From assembly GCA_019746485.1 (NCBI GenBank), contig JAIERW010000001.1, positions 6,917 through 70,916 on the forward strand: a stretch of 64,000 nt of DNA. Direction: 5' to 3'. This DNA comes from Candidatus Babeliales bacterium (GTDB lineage Bacteria > Babelota > Babeliae > Babelales > RVW-14). Positions 36,015-44,888 of the stretch are shown one piece after another. The notes beneath the pieces were generated by a model. That model was not told where the DNA came from. It did not search any database and saw only the letters and a program-made list of their open reading frames with translations. Made by a program: the position numbers and the translations under genes. Numbering within the stretch: position 1 is the first letter of the stretch; each line of letters opens with the position of its first letter.

Positions 36015-36587
36015 TTACGGCACTAGTGCTTGCAGCGCACCAGCCAATGTTGCCAATTTTGCTTTAAGTGCATTCAAAGATTTTTTTAACTGCTTGAGTG
36101 ATTTTTTTGATTCAGCAATTTTGTCTTTTATTAACTGTACAAACGCATTTGCCCAATCGAGTTCATCTTTCCATTTTTTAATATCTTCCGGATCAGGATT
36201 AATACGAAATGGAATACTATCTACGGTTTCTTGTTCTTTAATGCGGTAAATTTCAGCCAACTCAAACAGCGTAAGCACAACAGTCTTATCTCCAGACTCT
36301 ATTCTAACATTAGGATCTGCACCATTCTTCAGCTGAGTTTCCATTGCTTTCCAATCTATAGAATATTTCATAGTATATGAGATAGTTAAGTTCTCTGCAG
36401 AAGTTTTTGAAAAGCTCTTATTTTTTAGACCAACCAGAATCTGAACAGCTTTACCAAAATTAAACTCATGAATTTTCTCACAAATCTTTTTCAATTCTGC
36501 TGTCGCCGCAGGATTATAAGGTTTGGCAACGGTGACAAATAAACAAGAAATAATGAAACTGCCAAAAAATATTTTCTTAATCTTCAT
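36015..36587 (-). CDS. Secreted protein, cassette-family member C
   Basis: Signal peptide MKIKKIFFGSFIISCLFVTVA. C-terminus LKQLKKSLNALKAKLATLAGALQALVP is nearly identical to that of member B. It has an ANK-like NGADPNVRIESGDKTVVLTLFELAEIY segment. Confidence 0.8.
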   Translation of the reverse strand: MKIKKIFFGSFIISCLFVTVAKPYNPAATAELKKICEKIHEFNFGKAVQILVGLKNKSFSKTSAENLTISYTMKYSIDWKAMETQLKNGADPNVRIESGDKTVVLTLFELAEIYRIKEQETVDSIPFRINPDPEDIKKWKDELDWANAFVQLIKDKIAESKKSLKQLKKSLNALKAKLATLAGALQALVP

Positions 36588-36656
36588 ACTTCCTCACTTC
36601 ACAAAAAAATTGGTTTAACTCCTCTTGCCAATAAGATTAACAATCTAGAACACCAA

Positions 36657-36689
36657 GAAGAAGAAGAAGAAGAAGAAGAAGAAGAAGAA
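36657..36689. repeat. (GAA)11 / (TTC)11 microsatellite upstream of gene 36015..36587
   Basis: Eleven perfect GAA units. The tract starts 69 nt upstream of the ATG, in the divergent intergenic region. Confidence 0.95.
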
Positions 36690-36761
36690 AGGCCTTTAAC
36701 CACGTTTTTTACGCCACTACACCCAGCTTTTACCAACTCCTAACCCACTTTTCTAAATTAT

Positions 36762-36790
36762 TTACAAGCTGAACAGACGCGAGCTATACT
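36762..36790 (+). promoter_or_regulatory. Candidate promoter of the ANK-RING gene
   Basis: TTACAA (36762..36767), a 17-nt spacer, then TATACT (36785..36790). It lies about 43 nt upstream of the ATG. Confidence 0.45.
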
Positions 36791-36832
36791 CATAACAAGA
36801 TAGATAATTATTGAATCGCGAAAGGTTTCTCA

Positions 36833-38374
36833 ATGAAAAAGAGCACTTTTTTTGCATTTTTATTCATTTTTGTTTTAAGCAAGAGCCTGAACAGCGCTCC
36901 AGCAGACCAGCCAACCCTGACTGTTCCTGCCAGCATGTGGTACGCTGCCATGGGCTCAACCAACTCATTGGCTCAGCTACCGCCGGCAGCGTTGGTAGAA
37001 CCAGACGACAGCGGCCAAACACCGCTGCACATTGCTGCCCAGAACGGGCACCCCAACACTATTCTGTTTTTATTGCAACAAGGAACGCCGGTAAACGTGG
37101 CAGACAAACAAGGCATAACACCGTTGCACCTTGCCGCTCAGTATGGCCAAAAGCCGTGCGTACAAACGCTGCTCAACCAAAAAGCAGCTATCAACAGTGC
37201 TGGTACCACGGGCATAACGCCGCTGCATTTGGCAGCCTTTTACGGCCAACCTGATATAGTAAAATTGCTTCTTGAGTACAAAGAATGTAACATTGAAGCG
37301 GGTACCAAAGGCAAATCTACCCCACTCCATTTTGCTGCTCAAAGCGGGCAGACTGCCTGCCTAGAAGCGTTGCTAGCAAAAAATGCCAAAGTTGACGTAC
37401 GAAATGCGCTCGGAGAAACGCCGCTCTTGCAAGCAATCAAAAATAACCAGCTGGCCAGCTCACAGCTGTTGCTTAACAAAAATGCCAACCCCAACGTTAA
37501 AGAAAATAGTTCTGGCGCAACAGCACTGCACTTTGCTGCTTTAAATAATTTTAACGAAGGAATCACCGCGCTCTTAAAAGAAGGCGCTACGGTAAACATT
37601 AAAGACAAAAACGGCATGAGCCCGCTACACTATACCGCCGGCAACAATAATCTGAACGGCACCAAACAACTTTTAGAAAGAGGCGCCAGTGTTAACACTG
37701 CAAACAATAATAAAACCACGCCTTTGCACGCAGTGGCAACAAACAACGCACTGGACTGTCTCCCGCTCTTGTTGGCAAAAAATGCCGATGTTAACGCAGT
37801 AGATACTAACAAATCAACCCCGCTGCATTTGGCTGCCACCAACGGCCACGATCTAAGCGTACGCTTGCTGCTCAGTAGCAAAGGAACTAAAGCACTTGGC
37901 ATTGACGCTGTTGATACTGCTGGCGCAACGCCACTGCACCGCGCAGCTCAAAACGGCCATGTGACTGTTTGTTTTATGTTAATCATGAGTGGCGCAAACT
38001 TATTAATGCCAACAACCAATGCTGCCTCTGCCGATGCTAACAAAACGACTCAGGCGCTGGCTGCGCAAAACGGGCACTATGCGCTGGCAAATGCACTGCA
38101 GTACGCGCAAACCAACGGCCAGCTGCCAAGCGTTGCTGCCGCAGGAAGCGCGTGCACTCTTTGTGCTCAACAATTTAATGTTGCAGAAGTTGGCATACAG
38201 CTTCCGTGCGGGCACATTATGCACCCAAACTGCTTGCAAACATTTATTGCTCAACCTGCCCAACTTGCCTACCAATGCCCAACCTGCCAGGCAGCGGCAC
38301 AGGCACAAGGACAAGCGATAGCGGTTTTAATGGTTGCAGCAAACCCAACGAATGAAGCGGTAGGAAAAAAATAA
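36833..38374 (+). CDS. Secreted ankyrin-repeat protein with C-terminal RING-H2 zinc finger (putative E3 ubiquitin ligase effector)
   Basis: Signal peptide MKKSTFFAFLFIFVLSKSLNSA. About 10 consecutive canonical ANK units (G.TPLH.AA..G......LL..). Residues 441..485 read CTLC-x14-CGH-x2-H-x2-C-x14-CPTC, which is C-x2-C-x14-C-x-H-x2-H-x2-C-x14-C-x2-C. Confidence 0.85.
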   Translation: MKKSTFFAFLFIFVLSKSLNSAPADQPTLTVPASMWYAAMGSTNSLAQLPPAALVEPDDSGQTPLHIAAQNGHPNTILFLLQQGTPVNVADKQGITPLHLAAQYGQKPCVQTLLNQKAAINSAGTTGITPLHLAAFYGQPDIVKLLLEYKECNIEAGTKGKSTPLHFAAQSGQTACLEALLAKNAKVDVRNALGETPLLQAIKNNQLASSQLLLNKNANPNVKENSSGATALHFAALNNFNEGITALLKEGATVNIKDKNGMSPLHYTAGNNNLNGTKQLLERGASVNTANNNKTTPLHAVATNNALDCLPLLLAKNADVNAVDTNKSTPLHLAATNGHDLSVRLLLSSKGTKALGIDAVDTAGATPLHRAAQNGHVTVCFMLIMSGANLLMPTTNAASADANKTTQALAAQNGHYALANALQYAQTNGQLPSVAAAGSACTLCAQQFNVAEVGIQLPCGHIMHPNCLQTFIAQPAQLAYQCPTCQAAAQAQGQAIAVLMVAANPTNEAVGKK

Positions 38375-38386
38375 GAAGCAAAAAAC

Positions 38387-39577
38387 TCACGAACCATAAA
38401 TCTCGCTCAACAACGCTTCAACCGAGTTCCAACAAAACCCGCGCCCCTCTTTGCGCTGAAGATTTTCGTTACCGCCGTAAACAACATAAAGCGGCAATGT
38501 TTCTTGCTCAGTAATTTCTCGCCACGCAAAAAGCTCTCTAAAAAAGTTGTCTGAAAAAGTCATGCCCGCTTTAATTTCAACCGGCACAACGTGGTTGTAC
38601 GATTTTTCAATTACCACATCAATCTCATGGCCTTGAACGTCGCGCCAGAAATAAATCTGCGGCGTTTTATTGTGATTGTAATTGTGCTTAAACATTTCAC
38701 TAATCACAAACGATTCAAACAACGCACCCTTGAGCGGATGCGTATGCAACTCTTCTGCTGTTCTAATCCCCAACAACGAACAAACCAACGCTGTATCGTT
38801 AAAATATATTTTTGGGCTTTTAATCACGCGCTTGTTAAAATTTTTGTAGTACGGCGGCAACAACTTGATAATGTAGCTAGCTTGTAAAATAGCAATCCAC
38901 GACTTGGCAGTGTTCAAACTTATGCCCGCATCGCGCGCAATGTCGGCATAGTTAAGTAAGTTGCCAATGCGCGCAGCACACAACTTTAAAAAGCCCTGAA
39001 ACGCAATAACGTCAGAAATGTTCAGCACTTGGCGCACATCTTTTTCAACATACGTACTGATATAGTTTGAGCACCATGTTTGCACAGAAATTGGCTGAGA
39101 ATAAAGCCGTGGATAACAACCTTTAATAAACAGCGAAGCAAAATCTTCAGGCAGCATATTGGCACCGCGCAGTTCTTGAACCGAAAGTGGCAACAGCGTA
39201 AGCAAGGCAATACGGCCTGCCAACGTCTGGGTTATTTTTTCATACATTAAAAAATGCTGCGAACCGGTAATAATAAAATAACCGGGCCGATACGCTTGGT
39301 CTACAATCCCTTGCATGTACGAAAGCAACTCCGGCACTTCTTGAATTTCATCAATAATCAAGCCACTGTGCTGGGCATAGGTAGCAAAAAAGCCCCGCGG
39401 GTCTTGCTGTGCGGCACTCCGCTTGTCTAGATCTTCTAACGTAACGTAGGCATAGCCGGCAAAGGTCTCTTTGACCAGGGTTGTCTTGCCAGACTGCCGA
39501 GGACCCATAACTGCCACCACGGGAAACTGTGTGGCTAATTCTTGTAAATGAGCGGTAATAGTACGCTTAATAATCAT
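38387..39577 (-). CDS. AAA_14 / DUF4143-type ATPase
   Basis: The N-terminal pattern ..VVAVMGPRQSGKTTLVKE.. (Walker A), LIIDEIQ (Walker B) and a length of about 400 aa are typical of the AAA_14 plus DUF4143 family as I remember it. Confidence 0.65.
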   Translation of the reverse strand: MIIKRTITAHLQELATQFPVVAVMGPRQSGKTTLVKETFAGYAYVTLEDLDKRSAAQQDPRGFFATYAQHSGLIIDEIQEVPELLSYMQGIVDQAYRPGYFIITGSQHFLMYEKITQTLAGRIALLTLLPLSVQELRGANMLPEDFASLFIKGCYPRLYSQPISVQTWCSNYISTYVEKDVRQVLNISDVIAFQGFLKLCAARIGNLLNYADIARDAGISLNTAKSWIAILQASYIIKLLPPYYKNFNKRVIKSPKIYFNDTALVCSLLGIRTAEELHTHPLKGALFESFVISEMFKHNYNHNKTPQIYFWRDVQGHEIDVVIEKSYNHVVPVEIKAGMTFSDNFFRELFAWREITEQETLPLYVVYGGNENLQRKEGRGFCWNSVEALLSEIYGS

Positions 39578-39734
39578 CTTTTTGCCCCTTTTTTAGACTT
39601 TTTATAAAACTCGTACAATCTGCAATCCTATTGCATATTTTACACAATTTGCCTAAAACATCAAACAGATCGTTATTTTCGAGCAGGCCAAGTTTTTAAA
39701 ACCAGGGCCTTTCAGGCCCTTAACCGAGCCTATT

Positions 39735-39763
39735 TTGACAAAATAACGCCCCACCAGTATGCT
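39735..39763 (+). promoter_or_regulatory. Candidate promoter of the HExxH protein gene
   Basis: Consensus TTGACA (39735..39740), a 17-nt spacer, then TATGCT (39758..39763). Confidence 0.45.
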
Positions 39764-39823
39764 GGTTGCACTGAAAAACATTACAGAAATAGGCATAGTT
39801 AAAACTATTGGGTTGTGAGCACT

Positions 39824-40873
39824 ATGAAATTTAACACCGCATTGCGTTCTCTTTCTCTAGCACTTGTGTGCGCACTAAGCACTTCTTTTTATGCACACGC
39901 CGCCGCTCCGGCAACTGACTCAGCTCCGGTGGTTTCTGACGATGAAAAAATGGTGCCAGTTGGGCCGATACTCAAAGGCCTTGTTGCGCTCACCTTCCTG
40001 CAAATTTACTACCTTACCGCCCCAAAGCACACACAAAAGCGGCTAGAAGAACAGTTTATGCCCAAAAGCCTGGCACTCAACTTTGCCGGCGAATATTCTT
40101 CATATTTCTTGATGACATTAATTCACGAATTTGGCCATGCAGCAGTTGCCAACTATATCAACAATGACCCAATCAACATTCATATCGGCAACAATAGTGC
40201 CGAGAAATCTGACGAACCACTTTTTGCAACCGATCATTTTACACTCGATGGCTTAAGCCCACTTGAAGGGCTGACCGTTTATCGCCTTTCAACCCAAATG
40301 AGCGATAAGCTTTTATTTGTTGAATACTTGCAAGATTGCTTAAAAAATAACGAGTCACTCGAAACTATTTCTGCTGAAAAATTTAGCACGTTCAAAGAAG
40401 CTTTTGTTAACTCGCCGGCATACCAAGAATTGTTGCAAAAACTTGAAAATAACAAATCAAAAGAGAATCTCATTTTAGCTGCTGGCGGCATTGCAGCACT
40501 TTCTGCCAACACACTCTTTAAACTCATGCGCTCAATGGCAAAAAGTTATCAAGAAAATGCTGAAGCGCTTGATGCCATTAAAGCATCGCTTGGCGCTGCT
40601 TTTTCTATCGACAAAATTGTGCTGAACCAAGTTTTGAGTGCATTCTTGCCCAGCAGCAAAAACAGCGATGGCGCTAAACTATGGCGCAACATTACCGGCA
40701 TACCAGAAGACGCGCTTGAAGTTTGCTACACAGCGGCACCGTACGTTGACATGCTTGGCGAGTGCTACCTTGCGTACAAAGACCCACGGGCAGAAGGCTC
40801 AAAAACCCCTGACAAACTTATGATTGGTTTGATTAACTATTTACTGCGCGGTTATTTACGCTTTCACGCTTAA
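39824..40873 (+). CDS. Exported or membrane-associated putative zinc metalloprotease (HExxH)
   Basis: Signal peptide MKFNTALRSLSLALVCALSTSFYAHAAA. A hydrophobic segment carries LIHEFGHAAV (HExxH). The rest is helical with no further motifs recognised. Confidence 0.45.
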   Translation: MKFNTALRSLSLALVCALSTSFYAHAAAPATDSAPVVSDDEKMVPVGPILKGLVALTFLQIYYLTAPKHTQKRLEEQFMPKSLALNFAGEYSSYFLMTLIHEFGHAAVANYINNDPINIHIGNNSAEKSDEPLFATDHFTLDGLSPLEGLTVYRLSTQMSDKLLFVEYLQDCLKNNESLETISAEKFSTFKEAFVNSPAYQELLQKLENNKSKENLILAAGGIAALSANTLFKLMRSMAKSYQENAEALDAIKASLGAAFSIDKIVLNQVLSAFLPSSKNSDGAKLWRNITGIPEDALEVCYTAAPYVDMLGECYLAYKDPRAEGSKTPDKLMIGLINYLLRGYLRFHA

Positions 40874-42099
40874 CGCTTACGTTTCGTTGCCGCCAAATAC
40901 AGCAGCCAGCTTGAAAAGATCATAAACCCCGCAACGCCCACCGGCAACGCAGGGTTGAGCATGGCCAAAAAGCCACCAAAAAAAGTTCCCAAAACAGTAA
41001 CTAGCGCCTGCATTGCCCAGATCATGGCAATCCCTTTGCCCTGCTTGTCATCATCAACTGAGTTGGAAATTATAGCCATCATGTTGGGCAAAATTGACGC
41101 AATACAGCCAATGTAAAAAACAATAAAAATATATAAACCAATCGTTGTGGGCGGCATAAAAACTGCCAAGCTTAAAAAAGCAAGCAGTGGCAGTGCAGAC
41201 AAAACGATAGTGCGTGGCGCTGCAACGCGCGAAAGTGGACGAACTAGAAAAAGCTGCAATAACAAATACATAACGCCAGCGTACACAAACATACTACCAA
41301 TTTTGTCAGCACCATAATTGAAAACTTTGAGCAAATACGTTGAAAAAAATTGGGTACTAAACGTCCAACCAAAAATAAACAAACTAGCTGCGGCAAAAAT
41401 GCTGCGCAATTTTGGATAATGAAACATCTGCCCAAGATGGCCAAACGTTATAAAAAACTTCTTTCTTTTAACCGGTTTTTTTGGACGATCACGAAATAAC
41501 TGGTAAGCAACAAAAAGCAAATTAAGCACCGTTAAGCCGCCCAAAATTAAGAACGGTATTGCTAAATTATGAGCAACACCAAGCAAAGCATTGGTATATT
41601 GACCGCCCAACAAACCACCACCAATAAAGCCGCAGGCAACTGCAATTTCTACTATACTCATGTTACTCACTTTGTCGGCATTGGTATCATCACTCACGTC
41701 GGCCATAAATGATTGCGCAATAGCAACGTTTGCAGCAAAAAGACCAGCGCAAAAACGGCTGGCAAAAAGCAACCAAACGTTAGCATAATGAATAGCCAAT
41801 GCGGTTAGAAACAAGCTTACTGCTGCACCAGAAAGCGTTATGATCATGGTAAAGCGCCGACCGTACGAATCTGAAATTTGCCCCCAAAGCGGCGACATAA
41901 AAAACTGCCCGGCATAGTAGGCCGTGAGCACAAAACCCACAAAGAGCGTACCGTAAGCGTGCGTGGTTTGTTCTGACAAAAGTTTATACTGAGAGTCTGC
42001 TAATAAAACAGGAAAAACCACCAGTGATACCACAATATTAAGATAATCGAGAAATGCGGCCGACAAAAATGGCGCATACTGCATTATTTTACGATTCAT
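40870..42099 (-). CDS. MFS transporter
   Basis: MFS motif A GQISDSYGRR and about 12 hydrophobic segments. Start set at ATG 42099; the track ORF uses an upstream TTG. Confidence 0.8.
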   Translation of the reverse strand: MNRKIMQYAPFLSAAFLDYLNIVVSLVVFPVLLADSQYKLLSEQTTHAYGTLFVGFVLTAYYAGQFFMSPLWGQISDSYGRRFTMIITLSGAAVSLFLTALAIHYANVWLLFASRFCAGLFAANVAIAQSFMADVSDDTNADKVSNMSIVEIAVACGFIGGGLLGGQYTNALLGVAHNLAIPFLILGGLTVLNLLFVAYQLFRDRPKKPVKRKKFFITFGHLGQMFHYPKLRSIFAAASLFIFGWTFSTQFFSTYLLKVFNYGADKIGSMFVYAGVMYLLLQLFLVRPLSRVAAPRTIVLSALPLLAFLSLAVFMPPTTIGLYIFIVFYIGCIASILPNMMAIISNSVDDDKQGKGIAMIWAMQALVTVLGTFFGGFLAMLNPALPVGVAGFMIFSSWLLYLAATKRKR

Positions 42100-42194
42100 G
42101 AAAGCCCCCCTGAAAACCCCTAAAAATATTCCCTTCCTTTCACGCCATAACGGCACAAAAGGAAGGGCCTGTTCGAACAAATTATGAACGTTTG

Positions 42195-42914
42195 TTATAA
42201 GCGCTCAATATTATTTTTGGTGAAATATTTTGTTTCGTTTTTGGCAAACGGCATTGCATCGTTAAATTCTTTAAGATATTTGTTGGTGCGCTTGAGCGTT
42301 TGCTCATCAATTTTAACCGGAGAATCCCAATCTCCAACTTTAAAGGTCAATGGGATAGCAAGCTTAATGCCTCGATAATTTAAATGACCATTAACCGCAA
42401 GCATTTTTTTCATTGATGTTTTTGGCGTAATAGTAAAATCTTTACCAACCACCAAGCCATTAGGCAACTTAACACCATGACCAGGAACAACAAAGTAACC
42501 TTCCTGGGTTTTAATTACCTCAAAGAAACGACCGCTAATACTTGGATTGCGGCTTGCATAAGGCCCGCGCCATTTTTTTGGATACGCCAGATTAAGTCCA
42601 CCAATAATTGAACCTTCAAAACTTTTGGTCGTCAAAAAGTCAACAATCGCATGATCACCGTGAATACTCACAATATTGCAACGTTGGTCGATATCGTGCA
42701 ATATCGATTCAATGTTTTTAAGATTGCCGGTAATCACTGAAGAAACGAAATACGGCTGGTTATAGTACAATTTGCCTAAAAAAGTAAGTAACAAAATTGC
42801 CAAAATTGCCGTACTAAAATAAATGAAATAAGACCTAAAGAATCTAAAAAATGGTCCCATTTTTCGATCAACTCGACGATCGATTGTATCCATAAAATCA
42901 TCAAGCTTTTTCAT
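42195..42914 (-). CDS. Hypothetical membrane-anchored protein
   Basis: ATG 42914 with AAGGAG six nt upstream. One N-terminal TM (FIYFSTAILAILLLTFLG) precedes a soluble domain with no recognised motif. Confidence 0.5.
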   Translation of the reverse strand: MKKLDDFMDTIDRRVDRKMGPFFRFFRSYFIYFSTAILAILLLTFLGKLYYNQPYFVSSVITGNLKNIESILHDIDQRCNIVSIHGDHAIVDFLTTKSFEGSIIGGLNLAYPKKWRGPYASRNPSISGRFFEVIKTQEGYFVVPGHGVKLPNGLVVGKDFTITPKTSMKKMLAVNGHLNYRGIKLAIPLTFKVGDWDSPVKIDEQTLKRTNKYLKEFNDAMPFAKNETKYFTKNNIERL

Positions 42915-43007
42915 AACACACTCCTTTTTGAGCATTTTTTTGCACTCCCTTAACCTTCCCCAGTGGTTTATTGTATAAAAAAATGCTGGCAAAAATAAAT
43001 ATATTGC

Positions 43008-44888
43008 TTAAATGACCTGTGTTGTTTCGGGTTGCAGATGATCGGCCTTAAGAATTGTATATCCTCCTTTTTGGGTATCCCACACCACAAAAACTGTATT
43101 TTTTGTTAGCCACTTTTTGTCAAAGACAAAGGAAATATCAGTAATAAAACGACCGTCAATGCGCTGATTAATCATAAAAGAGCCCATTGAACATTGGTAC
43201 CACTCACCCTCCAGATATGGCTCACTCCGCCACTCATAACCAAAATCACGCGCATTCCACTGCAACGGATGGTTAGAAAACTGCATCCACCAGGCACAAT
43301 GTTGCGGATCGTCAGAAATTAAACGAAAGCCGCCAGGTATTGGCAACGCGCGGTACGAAACACCAACAATCTTATAATCACGATCACAACCAAAAACACC
43401 CTTTTCAGCCAAACTAGAAAAGAGCTCAAAGGCAACGTTAACACTCAGATCGTTTAAAAAATAGTGCACAATGCTTTGAATGTCTGAAACAAACGGCGAA
43501 CTAAAAAAAATATACTGAGCTTTGGGATCTAGCTTGTTATGTATAAAAAAGGGTTCGTAGCGCTTTTTAAGTTGATAGGTCTGCTGCCCGGCAACACGCA
43601 AATCGTGCATGTTCAGCAATGTGCCCCGCCCAATTGAAAACAACATAAAAAAACTTACCAACAATACGCCGTACTGCCCATACATAAACTTACGCGCATT
43701 AAGCAGCGGTATGCCAACTACCACCAGTGTTACCACCAGCGGGTAGGCCGTTTCTAAATAGCGAGCACAGGGGTAGGCCATAATACCCTGCCAGGCAAAA
43801 CACCAAAACCCAACGATAAAAAATAATAAGAGCTTTTTATGATTTTTATAAGCAAGCGCACAAAAGAGTATAACCAAGAGCCACAGCGTAATAATGAGCA
43901 AGTGCTTGGTATCATCAAGCATAAAAAGGCAGCTGCTCCATGAAAAAAATTTGGTAAAAAAATAATCTAATTTTTTTAAAAATGGTGCATACCATAAAGG
44001 TGCTATAACTGGCGGCGCTGGTGCTGCTCCAACAGTTACTGCTGCTGGTGTTGCCACAATCGGCGCCAAAACAGCAACTTTTTTTTGCACCAACGCGGCC
44101 AGAAAAGGGATCCTCAGTAAAAGATTGTTAAACGTTCGCTCAAGCGTGGCAATACCAAAGGCCCACAAGCGCCATGCAACGTAAACACCGTGCACTACAA
44201 AAAAAATCCACGTCTTACGCACAGCATAAAGAGCCGACTGCCACCAGTCGTGCTGCTCAAGAGCATACAAAAACATACCAAAAAATAACCAGAACGGAAA
44301 AAAGATGCCATTTTCACGCGCCAGTAAAGAAAGTAAAAAACTGATTCCTGAAAAAAAGTAGTACCACCAACTGCCTCGCTGTTGCCAAAAGAAACAAAAT
44401 AATAGTGATGATAATAAAAGAAAAAATGTCGCAAGCGAATTATGAAAAGTTGCAAGCCACGCAAGCCACGAAATGTCGGGGTACAGCCCAAACATAAGCC
44501 CACCCAACAGCGAAAGCCACACTGAAAGCCATTGCGAAAAGAGATAAAATAACAAAACGGCATTAAGCGCATGAAAGATAACGTGTAAAAGATAATACGC
44601 TTTTGCTTCAAGCCCAAAAAGTGCGTAGACTGCGGTAAAAAAAAAATGCTTTAACGGCCGCAAAAAACCGGAAATAAAATTGGGCTTGGAGCGGCGATAA
44701 TTCATGGGCACTATAAACTCACGCTCATCAGCTTTTATAACGCGCAAGGCATCTTCTTTACAAAACACAAGCCCATTAATGATTTGGCCTAAATCATCTT
44801 CACGGTACCAAATTTTGTCAACAGGCAAGGCTCCAACAGAAAAAACGATAATAAAAATTGCCAACGCATACCAATGTTTTGTGTTCAT
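43008..44888 (-). CDS. GT-C fold membrane glycosyltransferase, TMTC/PMT_2-like (no TPR domain)
   Basis: Polytopic, 626 aa. The first-loop acidic motif YREDDLG and the FLRPL..F...VYALFGLEAKAYYLLHVIFHALNAVLLFYLF pattern resemble TMTC/DUF1736-type O-mannosyltransferases. Confidence 0.55.
   Translation of the reverse strand: MNTKHWYALAIFIIVFSVGALPVDKIWYREDDLGQIINGLVFCKEDALRVIKADEREFIVPMNYRRSKPNFISGFLRPLKHFFFTAVYALFGLEAKAYYLLHVIFHALNAVLLFYLFSQWLSVWLSLLGGLMFGLYPDISWLAWLATFHNSLATFFLLLSSLLFCFFWQQRGSWWYYFFSGISFLLSLLARENGIFFPFWLFFGMFLYALEQHDWWQSALYAVRKTWIFFVVHGVYVAWRLWAFGIATLERTFNNLLLRIPFLAALVQKKVAVLAPIVATPAAVTVGAAPAPPVIAPLWYAPFLKKLDYFFTKFFSWSSCLFMLDDTKHLLIITLWLLVILFCALAYKNHKKLLLFFIVGFWCFAWQGIMAYPCARYLETAYPLVVTLVVVGIPLLNARKFMYGQYGVLLVSFFMLFSIGRGTLLNMHDLRVAGQQTYQLKKRYEPFFIHNKLDPKAQYIFFSSPFVSDIQSIVHYFLNDLSVNVAFELFSSLAEKGVFGCDRDYKIVGVSYRALPIPGGFRLISDDPQHCAWWMQFSNHPLQWNARDFGYEWRSEPYLEGEWYQCSMGSFMINQRIDGRFITDISFVFDKKWLTKNTVFVVWDTQKGGYTILKADHLQPETTQVI

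Noticed and set aside
36811-37254. 147-aa ORF overlapping the 5' part of the ANK-RING gene in another frame.
   Set aside because: The overlapping frame starting at 36833 gives a signal peptide plus perfect ANK repeats. This frame gives Arg/Pro-rich nonsense.
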